Source: Dehalococcoidia bacterium
GTDB taxonomy: Bacteria; Chloroflexota; Dehalococcoidia; WHTO01
Assembly: GCA_040902555.1 (NCBI GenBank)
Contig: JBBDXC010000013.1
Coordinates: 211,832 to 275,831 of the forward strand
Direction: 5' to 3'
DNA: 64,000 nt
This document shows, piece by piece, positions 9,216 to 19,094 of the stretch. Position 1 is the stretch's first letter. Every line of letters begins with the position of its first letter. The position numbers and the translations under genes are program-made. The notes below the pieces were generated by a model, which made no database searches, was not told where the DNA came from, and worked only from the letters and a program-made list of their open reading frames with translations.

Positions 9216-10613
9216 TTAGCTCGCGTAGCTTTGGAGCAAGGCCCGCGGAGCCTCTATCTCCACCTTGCGCGGCTTGATGTAGCCCTCGACGATCTCGCGC
9301 GTGCCCGGGACGCCCAACTGCTCGAAGAGGAACTCGAATTTCTTCTCCAGCGCCTCCTCGATCGGCCCCATTCGCTCCGCCGGCAGGTCCCAGATCTCCT
9401 GCTTGAAGGGGCCCCAGGCGCGCTTGCGCTGGCGGTAGTAGAACTGCTGCTCGGTCTCGTCGCTTTCCTGCTCGAACTGCTCGCGCAGCCAGTCGTACAT
9501 CTTGTCGCGCAGGTCGCCTGAGAAGTGCTCGCTGTCGAGGACGAGGTTCTGGAAGCCAGTGGCGAGATGGATCTCGCAGGTGCCGGTGTCGGGGAACTTG
9601 TTGAACATCTCATCGGGCAGCGTCGAGGCGCCGTGCTGCACGGCCCCGGCCATGCCGTACTCTTCGCGGGCAACCGTTGAGAGCTCCCGCAGGGTGCCGA
9701 AGTCGAGTTTGACCTTGGCCACCGTGCCATCGGCCAGGACGACGCCGCCGTGGGAGGTCCCGCTTTGCACGCTGACCTTGCTCGGGCCCTTGTAGCCGCC
9801 ACGCTCCTGGAGGCGCTTCTGGAAGCCCTCCATGTAGGCGCGGAGCTCGCCGACGGTGCTGTTGCTCTTGCCGACCTCGCCGATCTCGCCGCCGACGGAG
9901 ATCTCGTTGCCCGGCAGCTCGTGCTCGCGGACATAGGCCGTCAACTCGGCCGCTACCTCATAGTTGGGCCGCTGCTGCGAGTCCAGGTCGGGGAAGGAGA
10001 GGTCGACGAGGGTGCTGGAGTCGATGTCGATGTTGAAGAACCCGGAGGAGATCGCCTCGTCGATCAAGGCCTTGATGGCGTTGACCTCAGGGTCGGGGTC
10101 GGCCGACCATTTCTTCTTGTCGACCTGGAAGTGGTCCCCCTGGATAAACACCGGTCCCCCCCACGCCTCGGCCAGCGCGGCGGCGATGATTATCGGGGCG
10201 AACTCGGCCGGCGGCATCCTGATGTAGCCCATCTCCGAGCGTGCCAGCTCGACGACGACAAGGCCGCCATCCATCTTCTTGGCGGCGCGGTAGGCGGCCC
10301 GCGCCTCATGGTAGGCGAGGCCGCGGGCGTTGATCGCCGGGACCGTGACGCCTTTCCACTCGCCGCGCCCGCGGGCGGCGTATGCTTCCTGGATCGAGGC
10401 GGGTAGGATGCCTTTGGCCGCGGCAAGCTCGCGGATCAGCCAGCGCGCGGCCTGCTTGACCTGGTCGCTGCCGAAGGTCGAGGCCCAGGCCAGGCGATCG
10501 ACGTGCGCGGCATCGAGATGCTCAGGGTCGACGCTGACCGTGCCTTCATTGACGCGGACGATGCCGTTGAGGGCACCAAGAAGCTCGCCTGTAGCGCTGG
10601 CGACCGAAACCAT
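9216..10613 (-). CDS. class II (metal-dependent) fructose/ketose-bisphosphate aldolase family protein, long form
   Basis: Motifs TVPAINARG, FIQGDHFQ, SGTSHGGV and VQHGASTLPDE resemble class II FBA zinc-ligand regions. 465 aa is longer than canonical FbaA. Confidence 0.55.
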   Translation of the reverse strand: MVSVASATGELLGALNGIVRVNEGTVSVDPEHLDAAHVDRLAWASTFGSDQVKQAARWLIRELAAAKGILPASIQEAYAARGRGEWKGVTVPAINARGLAYHEARAAYRAAKKMDGGLVVVELARSEMGYIRMPPAEFAPIIIAAALAEAWGGPVFIQGDHFQVDKKKWSADPDPEVNAIKALIDEAISSGFFNIDIDSSTLVDLSFPDLDSQQRPNYEVAAELTAYVREHELPGNEISVGGEIGEVGKSNSTVGELRAYMEGFQKRLQERGGYKGPSKVSVQSGTSHGGVVLADGTVAKVKLDFGTLRELSTVAREEYGMAGAVQHGASTLPDEMFNKFPDTGTCEIHLATGFQNLVLDSEHFSGDLRDKMYDWLREQFEQESDETEQQFYYRQRKRAWGPFKQEIWDLPAERMGPIEEALEKKFEFLFEQLGVPGTREIVEGYIKPRKVEIEAPRALLQSYAS

Positions 10614-10764
10614 GAGAAACCTCCTCTGACCTGCCGACGGGGTCCGGGACGAGGCGCCGAGGTGCGCGGACCCCTCAGATCATATCCCTCTTTTCGCTTG
10701 AGCCCCGGCCAGGCGGACGCCGCGCGTCTCTTGTCCGGGAGGCGCCCGATCAGAAAGTCTTGTC

Positions 10765-10803
10765 CCCCTCTCCCGGTCGGGAGAGGGTTAGGGGAGAGGT
10801 TTA
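10765..10803. repeat. palindromic intergenic repeat family, full copy
   Basis: cccctctcccggtcgggagagggttaggggagaggttta, 30 bp upstream of the MFS transporter start. Confidence 0.8.
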
Positions 10804-10832
10804 AGAAGGCGCCAGTTTATTAGTGTTAACTG

Positions 10833-12122
10833 ATGGCCCCCGAGCGCGGATCCGGATGGCTGGGCAGCACTTTCAACTCGCTCGACAACACCAGTTTCCG
10901 GATCCTTTCCGTTGGCTCATTCCTCGCCTTCGTCGGATTCATGATGTCCTCGACCGCGCAGAATGTCGTCGCCTTCGACATCACGGGCAACAACCGCGCT
11001 GTCGGCCTGGTGACGTTCGGCCAGGGCATCGCGATGCTCTTCCTGGCGCCGTTTGGCGGCGCGCTGGCCGACAGGCTTTCCAAGCGGCTCGTCCTGCTCG
11101 TCTGCCAGTCGATGATCGGACTGACGTTCCTCTCCGTGGCCATCCTGCTGGCGACGGACCAGATCACGATCTTCTTCCTCGCTGCCTCGGCTTTTATCAC
11201 CGGCACGATGTTCTCGCTTCTTGGCCCGGCGCGGCAGGCGCTCGTCGGAGAGCTGATCGAGCCCAACCGCAGGGGAAATGCCGCGGCGCTGACCCAGGTG
11301 GCCCTGAATTCAGCCCGCGTCGCCGGCCCACTGCTGGGCAGCGCCCTGCTCGCCTGGAGCCTCTTCGGCGCCACCGGCACGTTCTTCGTGGCAGCGGCGG
11401 TCTTCGTCGTCGTCGTGGCCACGCTCTCGCTGCTGCCGCCAACGCAGCGGCAGGACACGGGCGGGCGCAGCGTGCTGGCCGATGTGGCGCTCGGCATTAA
11501 GTACGTCCGCGAGAATCCTCAGCTGTTGCCGCTGGTCCTTGGCTTCATCCTTGTCGTGACCATGGGCTTCCCATACTTCACGGTGCTTCCGGGGTACGCG
11601 AATCAGGAGCTGGGGGTGGGCGCGGCGGGCTACGGGATAATGGTCGGCGTGTCGGCAATGGGCGGTCTGGTGATGAGCCTGCTCGTCGCGCCTTTGGCCG
11701 ACAGCTCGAAGGCCCGTTTCTTCCTCGTCCTGAACACGATAGGGATCGGCGTAGCGCTGATTCTCACGGGCCTCGCCCCTTCCTTCGCCATCGCCCTAAT
11801 CACGATGTTCGGGGTGGGTGCGGCGACAAGCGGCTTCCAGACGCTGAACAGCGCCCTCGTCCTGCGCGAGGCAAACCCCGCCTATTACGGCCGCGTAATG
11901 TCGCTGATGATGCTGGCCTGGGGCTTCGCCGGCGTGGCCGGGCTACCGGTGGGCGTGCTGGCCGACGCCATCGGCGAGCGTGGCGCCCTGATCGGGATGG
12001 GGACGGCTGTTTGTATAGCGATCGCGTTGTTGACGGCCTGGGGGGCTCGCCTTTCGAGCCGCCGCGAGTACGTCGCCGGCGCGACGCTGGCGGCGCGTGA
12101 GGGCGGCGCCGGGGGTCGCTAA
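10833..12122 (+). CDS. MFS transporter (EntS/DHA-like)
   Basis: 12 predicted TM helices and MFS loop motif GALADRLSKR. 429 aa. Confidence 0.8.
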   Translation: MAPERGSGWLGSTFNSLDNTSFRILSVGSFLAFVGFMMSSTAQNVVAFDITGNNRAVGLVTFGQGIAMLFLAPFGGALADRLSKRLVLLVCQSMIGLTFLSVAILLATDQITIFFLAASAFITGTMFSLLGPARQALVGELIEPNRRGNAAALTQVALNSARVAGPLLGSALLAWSLFGATGTFFVAAAVFVVVVATLSLLPPTQRQDTGGRSVLADVALGIKYVRENPQLLPLVLGFILVVTMGFPYFTVLPGYANQELGVGAAGYGIMVGVSAMGGLVMSLLVAPLADSSKARFFLVLNTIGIGVALILTGLAPSFAIALITMFGVGAATSGFQTLNSALVLREANPAYYGRVMSLMMLAWGFAGVAGLPVGVLADAIGERGALIGMGTAVCIAIALLTAWGARLSSRREYVAGATLAAREGGAGGR

Positions 12123-12148
12123 GGAGCCGGCATCTGGTCAGCCCGCCT

Positions 12149-13573
12149 CTAGGGCACTCCGACGCTCTGCCGCTCAAAAGCCCCTCGGTCGCAGCGGGCC
12201 CCGCCCGCGCCGTCACCGTTTTTTGGCCTGTCCTCGCCGCGTTGATCGCTGAGTGGACAGCCACCGGCGTTGTTGCCGGTATCTGTGGCCGGGCTTCCGG
12301 CGGGCAGCGCCCGGGTCTTCGTCGGGCCGCCGTGGTCCAGCAGTGCACCCAGCTGGGGGTTAACCCCTGCCACGTCCGTCCCCGAGTTCGTAAAGCAGGT
12401 ACCGTCGCTGTCCAGGTTGAAGCCCTGCGAGGTAACTGGGTCGCCCGCGCAGTCGCTGCCCACAAAGTTGCTGGCAACGATGCTGTTCTTGAGTCGCACG
12501 AATCCGCCGAGGGAGTCGCTATGAGTAATCGCACCCCATGCATCGAGCGTGGTGTTGTGGCTGATCGTGGTGTTCCTGATCGTCAACTTTCCGTTGTTAT
12601 CGATGCCGCCGCCGACGTGATTGGCCGAGCTATTCCCCGTGATGGTGCTGTTATTGATCAGCATTACTGAGCCCGCATAGTTGCCGATCCCTCCGCCATA
12701 GTCGGGAGATGTCGTGTTCGAGCTGATAGTGCTTCGCGTGATCGTCGTGTTGCCGCCGTTCGCGTTGATGCCACCGCCGCAACAGCTCGAGTTGCCGCTA
12801 ATTGTCGACGTCGTTACTGACAACGTGCCGTTGTTGAAAATGCCGCCGCCATCATCGTCGACTTCGTTACCGCTGATCGTCGAGCCGGAAAGGCTCACCT
12901 CGCCCTGTCTGTTGTAGATGCCTCCACCTTCGCCATTAACACCCCCAGTTGCTGAGTTGTTCTTGATGCTGCTGCCGCTGATCGTCAGTTCAGCCCCGAT
13001 GTCGTTGAGGATGCCGCCGCCGTCACCGCTGGTAGGATCCGCCGGGCTTCCCCTGATCTCGCTGTCCTTTATCACCACGTTTATAAGGGTCAGTCGGCAA
13101 CGGTTATGGATGGCGCCGCCGTCCGCGTTTCTGATCTTTCCGTTCATCAGTGTCAGGTTTTGGATAGTAACGTCGATGCACGATTCCGACACGAAAATGT
13201 CGAAGAGTCTGTCTACCTGCTGGGCATCGATGAACGTCGTGTTCTTTCCGGCGCCGGCGATCGTCACGTCACCGTCGTAAAGGTCGAGGTCGCCGCTCTC
13301 GGCATTGTCCTCATCCCGGTTGTCGGTCGCGGGATTCGTACCCAGCAGGTAGGTCCCTTCACCCAGGATGATCGTGTCGAAGTTGGACTGGGCGTTGGCC
13401 TGGCGCACTGCCTCGCGCAGAGTGCAATGGGCCGCCGTGCAGGCCGCTGGCACCGGGTCCTGGAAGTGCGTGACCGTCAGCTCCGCGGCGTCCGCCTGGG
13501 GGACACCGTCGCCCAGCGTCCCAAGAAGCGCCAACCCGGCTATGGCGATGACCAACTTTCGTAGCATGCGCAA
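12149..13573 (-). CDS. secreted CSLREA-domain / right-handed beta-helix repeat protein
   Basis: Signal peptide. CTLREAVRQAN matches the CSLREA motif. Gly/Asn/Ser/Thr-rich beta-helix repeats (GGGIxN..G.L.I..STISGN) follow. Confidence 0.65.
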   Translation of the reverse strand: MRMLRKLVIAIAGLALLGTLGDGVPQADAAELTVTHFQDPVPAACTAAHCTLREAVRQANAQSNFDTIILGEGTYLLGTNPATDNRDEDNAESGDLDLYDGDVTIAGAGKNTTFIDAQQVDRLFDIFVSESCIDVTIQNLTLMNGKIRNADGGAIHNRCRLTLINVVIKDSEIRGSPADPTSGDGGGILNDIGAELTISGSSIKNNSATGGVNGEGGGIYNRQGEVSLSGSTISGNEVDDDGGGIFNNGTLSVTTSTISGNSSCCGGGINANGGNTTITRSTISSNTTSPDYGGGIGNYAGSVMLINNSTITGNSSANHVGGGIDNNGKLTIRNTTISHNTTLDAWGAITHSDSLGGFVRLKNSIVASNFVGSDCAGDPVTSQGFNLDSDGTCFTNSGTDVAGVNPQLGALLDHGGPTKTRALPAGSPATDTGNNAGGCPLSDQRGEDRPKNGDGAGGARCDRGAFERQSVGVP

Positions 13574-13652
13574 CCTCCGGAAAGGCGGGGTAGCCGGAAG
13601 TATACCACCATTCTTCGCGCTTCCGCCCCCAATCTGACTCGCGGCGAGCGGG

Positions 13653-14846
13653 TTACGCCGTTCGCACCCGAACGAAGCGCTTCCTACCGATTCTTAGTAC
13701 GTCGCCCTCGTCCAGCTCGGCGTCGGGTGCCGTTATCTTCTCCCCATTGCGCTCCACGGCGCCCTGGGCGAAGAGCCGCTTACCCTCAGCCTTGCTGGCG
13801 ATCAGGCCGGCATCGACGAGGGATTGCAGCAGGTCCTCGCCCACGAGGACTTCCGGCATGTCCGCGGGCAGTTGGCCGCGGCTGAACACCGCTTTGAAAG
13901 ACTCCTCGGCAGCCGTCGCGGCCTCTGGGCCGTGGAGGAAGGTGACGATCTCCCTGCCCAACCGCATCTTAAGCTCCATCGGGTTCACCAAGCGTTCGCC
14001 TAGCTGGCGTTCGATCTCAGCCAGGTCATTGTCGGGCACGTCGGTTACGAGGCTGAAGTAGGGCAAAATCTGCTCGTCCGGGAGCGACATGACTTTGCCG
14101 AAGACCTCATCTGGTGGGTCCTCGAGGGCGATGTAGTTGCCCAGCGACTTGCTCATCTTGACCTTGCCGTCGGTGCCGACGAGGAGCGGCACTGTGAAAA
14201 CGCATTGCGGCCGCTCGCCCATGTCCTGTTGCAGCTCGCGCCCGACCAGGAGGTTGAAGGTTTGGTCGGTGCCCCCGAACTCGACGTCGGCATCCACGGC
14301 TACCGAATCGTAGGCCTGCATGATCGGGTAGAGGAGCTCGTGGACTCCCAGGGGCTGCCCCTCTCGGTAGCGCTGGCCGAAGTCCTCGCGCTGCAACATC
14401 TGGGCCACCGTGAAGCTGGCCGCGAGCTTGATGATCGTCTCGAGCGTGAACTTGTCGAACCATTCGCTCTGCGGCCGGATCTCTGTGCGCTCGCGGTCCA
14501 CAATCTTGAAAAACTGACGCAGGTAGGTCTCGGCGTTGGCGCGCACCTCCTCCTCGGTCAGCATGGGCCGCGTGGCCGAGCGTCCCGACGGGTCGCCGAT
14601 GCGCGCCGTCCAGTCGCCGACGATGACGACCACCGTGTGCCCTAGCTCCTGCAGCTGGCGCAGCTTGCGCAGGCCGACGGCGTGGCCAAGCGTCAGGTCC
14701 GGCGCCGAGGGGTCGAAGCCCATCTTCAGGCGCAGCTGGCGGCCTGACTTGAGCAGCCGGATGAACTCGTCGCGGGGAATGATCTCGGCGACGGCGCGAG
14801 TGGTCAGGTGCTCGATCTCAGCGTCGTCGGGTACGCGCACGGACAT
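13653..14846 (-). CDS. tyrS: tyrosine--tRNA ligase
   Basis: Class I HIGH-like motif (DLTLGHAV), KMSKS motif present, C-terminal S4-like domain. 397 aa. Confidence 0.92.
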   Translation of the reverse strand: MSVRVPDDAEIEHLTTRAVAEIIPRDEFIRLLKSGRQLRLKMGFDPSAPDLTLGHAVGLRKLRQLQELGHTVVVIVGDWTARIGDPSGRSATRPMLTEEEVRANAETYLRQFFKIVDRERTEIRPQSEWFDKFTLETIIKLAASFTVAQMLQREDFGQRYREGQPLGVHELLYPIMQAYDSVAVDADVEFGGTDQTFNLLVGRELQQDMGERPQCVFTVPLLVGTDGKVKMSKSLGNYIALEDPPDEVFGKVMSLPDEQILPYFSLVTDVPDNDLAEIERQLGERLVNPMELKMRLGREIVTFLHGPEAATAAEESFKAVFSRGQLPADMPEVLVGEDLLQSLVDAGLIASKAEGKRLFAQGAVERNGEKITAPDAELDEGDVLRIGRKRFVRVRTA

Positions 14847-14943
14847 AGGGGCATGATATCGACCCGGCGCCGCCAGGCCCCGCCCGGCGGCGACCTGTCA
14901 CAATCTGACCAGCCGGCTCGTCTACTTTCCGGGAGGGCATGAC

Positions 14944-16239
14944 ATGAGCTACAGGGCAAGGATCGCAGTGGTCGGCGGAGGGATCGCCGGGCTGGCGACA
15001 TCGCTGCAGCTGGCCCGCGCCGGCTGCGACGTAACTCTTTACGAGCGCTCCGCCGCGGTCGGCGGGCGCGCCGTTACTACCCAGAACAACGGCTTCCATT
15101 TTAACCTCGGTCCGCACGCCGTCTACCCGCGCTCCCAGAAGATGCTGCGTGACCTCGGCGTCGAGCTGCGTGGTGGCAATCCGGACTTGAAGAACGGTGC
15201 CTACCTCTTCGACGGCCGCGAGTTTCACCGTCTCCCTTCCACGGCGTCATCCCTGTTGGGCAGCAGCGCGCTCTCGATGGGCGACAAGTTCGAAGCCAGC
15301 CTCAAGCTAAACGGCATCCTCAACGACGACGGCGACGGTCTGGAGCGGCTGACCGTGGAGCAGTGGGTTTCGAACCGCCTGCACAGCCAGCAGCTGCGGC
15401 GCTTCCTGCACACGCTGATCCGGATAGCTTCCTACACCCACGCGCCGGACCGCCTGTCTGCCCAGGTCGGCGCACAGCAGATCCGTCAAACCGACGTGCT
15501 GTACCTCGACGGCGGCTGGCAGACGATCGTTGACAGCTTGCGTGCCCTGGTCGAAGACGCCGGCGTCATGATCAACACGGAGCAGCGGGTGGAGGCCATA
15601 GAAACCCGCGAGGACACCTACAGCCTGCGTCTCGCCGGCGGGGAAGAGGCTGTAGTCAGCGCGGTTGTGCTGGCGGTGGCGCCACCGGAGGTAAGCCGGC
15701 TACTGGCAGAAGACCGCTTTGGGTCAGTGCGGGAAAAGCTAGCGGCAGCTGTGCCTGTCCAGGCAGCGATCTTGGACGTCGCCGTCTCGCGACGGCCGGC
15801 GCGGTCGGTCGTGCTCCCACTCGACCGCCCGCTGTACTATTCGGTGCATTCCTCCGTGGCCAGGCTGGCGCCGGAAGGCTCAGCCATCCTGTCGGCGGCG
15901 AAGTATCTCACACCCGGCGCCCCGAGCGATGCGGAGAGCGACCGCAAGCAGCTCGAGGACTGGCTGACGCTCATCGAGCCGGCCTGGCGGAACGTGGCCG
16001 TCGAGCAGCGCTTCATGCCCAACCTCACGGTCTACAACTGGCTGCCGTCCGTCGCCCAGGGCGGTCTCGCCGGCCGGCCAGCGGTCCAGGCAGCCCCCGG
16101 CGTATACCTGGCCGGCGACTGGGTGGGGCCCGAAGGAATGCTGACCGACGCCGTCCTCGCCAGCTCGCTGAAGGCGGCAAAGCTGGCCGCGGCCCACGCA
16201 TCACGCGCCTCCCAGCCGGAGGCGGCGGCCCTGGCCTGA
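14944..16239 (+). CDS. FAD-dependent oxidoreductase (phytoene desaturase / amine oxidase superfamily)
   Basis: N-terminal Rossmann dinucleotide motif IAVVGGGIAGLATSL...LYER. 431 aa. Confidence 0.7.
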   Translation: MSYRARIAVVGGGIAGLATSLQLARAGCDVTLYERSAAVGGRAVTTQNNGFHFNLGPHAVYPRSQKMLRDLGVELRGGNPDLKNGAYLFDGREFHRLPSTASSLLGSSALSMGDKFEASLKLNGILNDDGDGLERLTVEQWVSNRLHSQQLRRFLHTLIRIASYTHAPDRLSAQVGAQQIRQTDVLYLDGGWQTIVDSLRALVEDAGVMINTEQRVEAIETREDTYSLRLAGGEEAVVSAVVLAVAPPEVSRLLAEDRFGSVREKLAAAVPVQAAILDVAVSRRPARSVVLPLDRPLYYSVHSSVARLAPEGSAILSAAKYLTPGAPSDAESDRKQLEDWLTLIEPAWRNVAVEQRFMPNLTVYNWLPSVAQGGLAGRPAVQAAPGVYLAGDWVGPEGMLTDAVLASSLKAAKLAAAHASRASQPEAAALA

Positions 16240-16242
16240 CCG

Positions 16243-17151
16243 ATGGTCTTAGCAAGGGTTGCACCAGCCGCCGTAGATAGCGAATTCGAGAGTCTCCGTC
16301 CTCTCCTCTTCTCGGTGGCCTACCGCATGCTCGGGATCGCCGGCGAAGCCGAGGACGTCGTCCAGGACGCCTACCTCCGTTACAGCGCCGTCCCGCGAGA
16401 GGAGATCAAAGAACTGAAGCCCTACCTGCTTACCGTCGTTACCCGCCTCTGCATGGACCAGCTCAAGTCGGCGCGTGTCCGTCGGGAGCAATACATCGGC
16501 CCCTGGCTGCCGGAACCCATGCCAGGGCACGTCGGGGTGTCCCGTGAAGCGGACAACCCCGAGGCCGCCGTCGACCTCCATGAGTCGATCTCCCTGGCCT
16601 TCCTGAGGCTGCTCGAACGCCTGTCGCCAGCCGAGCGCGCCGTCTTTTTGCTCCACGACATCTTCTCTTACGGCCACGACGAGGTTGCGGGTATCGTCGG
16701 GCGCAGTGAGGCCGCCTGCCGGCAGCTCCTGAGCCGGGCGAAGAAGCAGATTTCGGCCGGGCGGCCGCGTTTCAAGCCCAGCCCCGCCGAGCGACAACGC
16801 CTGACAGAGCTCTTCGTCGCCGCCGCGACGAAGGGCGAGCTGGCGCCTCTCATCGAGGTGCTCAAACCAGACGCCGTCTTCTATTCGGACGGCGGAGGTA
16901 AGGTCGCGGCGGCGCGCAACCCGATCATCGGCTCCGATCGTGTCGCCCGCCTGATCCGGGCCCTGATCGCAAAGACGCCGGAAATGTCGGCGGTGCTTGC
17001 CGAGGTCAATGCTGGGCCGGCTGTGCTCCTCTACTCACGGAAGACCTTCCTCGCCGTGATCGCCCTCGAGTTCGAGGATGGGCTGGTGAGCGAGGTAATG
17101 GCCGTGATCAACCCCGACAAGCTGACCCACTTCGCACCAATCCCGGGCTAG
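16243..17151 (+). CDS. RNA polymerase ECF sigma factor (SigJ-like, with C-terminal SnoaL-like extension)
   Basis: Sigma-70 region 2 (DVVQDAYLRY) and region 4 (LSPAERAVFLLHDIFSYGHDEVAGIVGRSEAACRQLLSRA), plus a roughly 120-aa C-terminal domain. Confidence 0.8.
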   Translation: MVLARVAPAAVDSEFESLRPLLFSVAYRMLGIAGEAEDVVQDAYLRYSAVPREEIKELKPYLLTVVTRLCMDQLKSARVRREQYIGPWLPEPMPGHVGVSREADNPEAAVDLHESISLAFLRLLERLSPAERAVFLLHDIFSYGHDEVAGIVGRSEAACRQLLSRAKKQISAGRPRFKPSPAERQRLTELFVAAATKGELAPLIEVLKPDAVFYSDGGGKVAAARNPIIGSDRVARLIRALIAKTPEMSAVLAEVNAGPAVLLYSRKTFLAVIALEFEDGLVSEVMAVINPDKLTHFAPIPG

Positions 17152-17216
17152 GTAGAGGTCGGCAGCGCGGGCTGCGGCCTGTGCCCACTGAGGACGGCGG
17201 GCGGTACGATACGCGG

Positions 17217-17642
17217 ATGAGCGAGGTTGCTCCCGTCCTCCTCTACGACGACGATTGCCGCTTCTGCCGCGCCTGCGCCGACCTCGTGCAGCGCTGGGAC
17301 CGGCGCGGGCGCCTGGCCATCCTTCCGTTCTCCGACCCCTTCGCCACCGAAAGGATGGCATCGCTCGATCCAGACCTGCGTGAGCGCAGCATGCACGTCG
17401 CCTACCCGGACGGCTCGCTGGCCAGCGGCGGGCAGGCCATGATCGCCCTGCTCAAGCACCTTCCGGGTGCTGGCTGGCTGGGCCGCCTCGCGGAGCGTTT
17501 CCCGCCCCTGGGCTGGCTGGTGGGACGTTCTTACTTCCTGGTCGCTAACCGGCGGGGGTTCTTTTCCAGGCTGGTAACTGACCGGCCGGCTCCCATCCGA
17601 AGGCCTCAGTCGATTAGGCCGTCGACTGCGGCGAAGCTATAG
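17217..17642 (+). CDS. thiol-disulfide oxidoreductase DCC family protein (DUF393)
   Basis: LLYDDDCRFCRACADLV is the DCC motif. Start placed at MSEV. Confidence 0.7.
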   Translation: MSEVAPVLLYDDDCRFCRACADLVQRWDRRGRLAILPFSDPFATERMASLDPDLRERSMHVAYPDGSLASGGQAMIALLKHLPGAGWLGRLAERFPPLGWLVGRSYFLVANRRGFFSRLVTDRPAPIRRPQSIRPSTAAKL

Positions 17643-18592
17643 CCCTGGTCGCGCAGGGCGGCGACGATGTCATCCAGCGCCGCGAAGTCCTGCGACTGCG
17701 AGCCGACGTGGAAGAGGATGATCGCGCCGGGTTCCATCTGATCCATCACCCGGTCGAAGATCTCCTGCTCCGTCAGGCCGTTCCAGCCCAGGCTGTCTAT
17801 CGTCCACATCAGCACGTGGCTGTAGCCGAGGGAGCCCACAACGTCGAGCGTCGCATCGTCGTAGTCGCCATAGGGCGGCCGCCAGAAAGGTTTGCCGTCA
17901 GTGCCCGCTATCTCCTGGAAAATCTCGTCGGTCCGCGTGATCTCCTCCCTGCGCTCCTCTTCAGAAAGCGGTTCCGCGCCCGTCGAGAAGCCCGTAAAAG
18001 AGGAGTGACTGTAGGTGTGGTTGAACAGTAGGTGGCCGTCGCCGACCACGCGCGCCACGGCGTCGGCATTGTCCTCGGCCCAGCTCCCGGTGATGCCGAA
18101 GGAAGCCGGGATGCCCTCGGCGGACAGGAAGTCGAGGATGTCATCCGCGAAGCCGCGGTCCGAGCCGGCGTCGAACGTCAGGTAGACCACGTTCTCGCCG
18201 CTGGGGTCGGCATCGATGACCTGTGCGGGCGGTCCGCCGCCATCGTCGTCATCGTCATCGCCGCCGTCATCGTCGTCCCCGGGGTCCTCGGTCGGTGTGG
18301 GCTCCTCCGTCGCGGTTTCGGTCGCCGTTTCGGTCGCCGAGGGCGTCGCCGTTGGCGTTTCGGTCGGCGTGGCTGTTTCCGTTGCCGACGGTGTAGCTGT
18401 TTCGGTCGCCGTGCCCGTTGGGACGATTACCGTATCGTCGTCATCGCCCCCGCCGCTGCTGTCGGCAACCAGGACGACGACCACCGCCAGCACGACCCCG
18501 GCGATTGCGGCCGCAGCCGCGACCGGCCAGATCCAACGCCGGTCGATGCCACCGTCGTCGAGCGGCTCCTCAGGCGGATATTGGTATGCCAT
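17606..18592 (-). CDS. membrane-anchored polysaccharide deacetylase (CE4/NodB domain) with Thr/Glu/Asp-rich linker
   Basis: N-terminal TM helix, low-complexity TATETATPSATET.../DDDD linker, then NodB-type motifs (TFDAGSD, HTYSHS, LMW, ILFH). Confidence 0.8.
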   Translation of the reverse strand: MAYQYPPEEPLDDGGIDRRWIWPVAAAAAIAGVVLAVVVVLVADSSGGGDDDDTVIVPTGTATETATPSATETATPTETPTATPSATETATETATEEPTPTEDPGDDDDGGDDDDDDGGGPPAQVIDADPSGENVVYLTFDAGSDRGFADDILDFLSAEGIPASFGITGSWAEDNADAVARVVGDGHLLFNHTYSHSSFTGFSTGAEPLSEEERREEITRTDEIFQEIAGTDGKPFWRPPYGDYDDATLDVVGSLGYSHVLMWTIDSLGWNGLTEQEIFDRVMDQMEPGAIILFHVGSQSQDFAALDDIVAALRDQGYSFAAVDGLID

Positions 18593-18684
18593 TCAGATAA
18601 ATGTACGACGCGCCCTCCCGGCTTGTTCCCAAGCCGAACCGCCTCGACGCGAGGCTACATCGCGCCGGAGCGCCAATGTCTGCC

Positions 18685-18915
18685 TTAGGCGGTGGCCGTT
18701 GTGAGGGCTAACTCCAAAAGGGCCTTGCCTTCGGCGACCATGGAAACGTCGCCGGACTTGCCCTCGAGAGCAAGAGAACACCCCTGCACAAAGTCCTCAC
18801 CGAGGTCGTCGAGCAAGCCTCGAACGGCGTCGAGCGCATCGGACTTCGACCGATAGTCATCGATCAGGTTGCCTGTCCTGGTTTCCCAGAGTTGGTAGGT
18901 CATAGCCGCTTTCAC
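18685..18915 (-). CDS. small hypothetical protein (76 aa)
   Basis: Protein-like ORF (MTYQLWETRTGNLIDDYRSKSDALDAVRGLLDDLG). No motif recognised. Confidence 0.35.
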   Translation of the reverse strand: MKAAMTYQLWETRTGNLIDDYRSKSDALDAVRGLLDDLGEDFVQGCSLALEGKSGDVSMVAEGKALLELALTTATA

Positions 18916-18987
18916 TTATCACAGTCGCAGAACGCGGACAGCGGCGGCTTCAGCGATGGTCAGTTCGGCAGTGGGAGAACAGGCTAT

Positions 18988-19026
18988 CCCCCTCTCCCGG
19001 CCGGGAGAGGGGTTAGGGGAGAGGCT
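18988..19026. repeat. palindromic intergenic repeat family, full copy
   Basis: cccctctcccggccgggagaggggttaggggagaggctt. Confidence 0.8.
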
Positions 19027-19094
19027 TACTCGTGGCGACCTCGTAGGTCGAACCGATTCTGTTAGTGGGCTACCGAAAAATTGGGAGCTTCCTA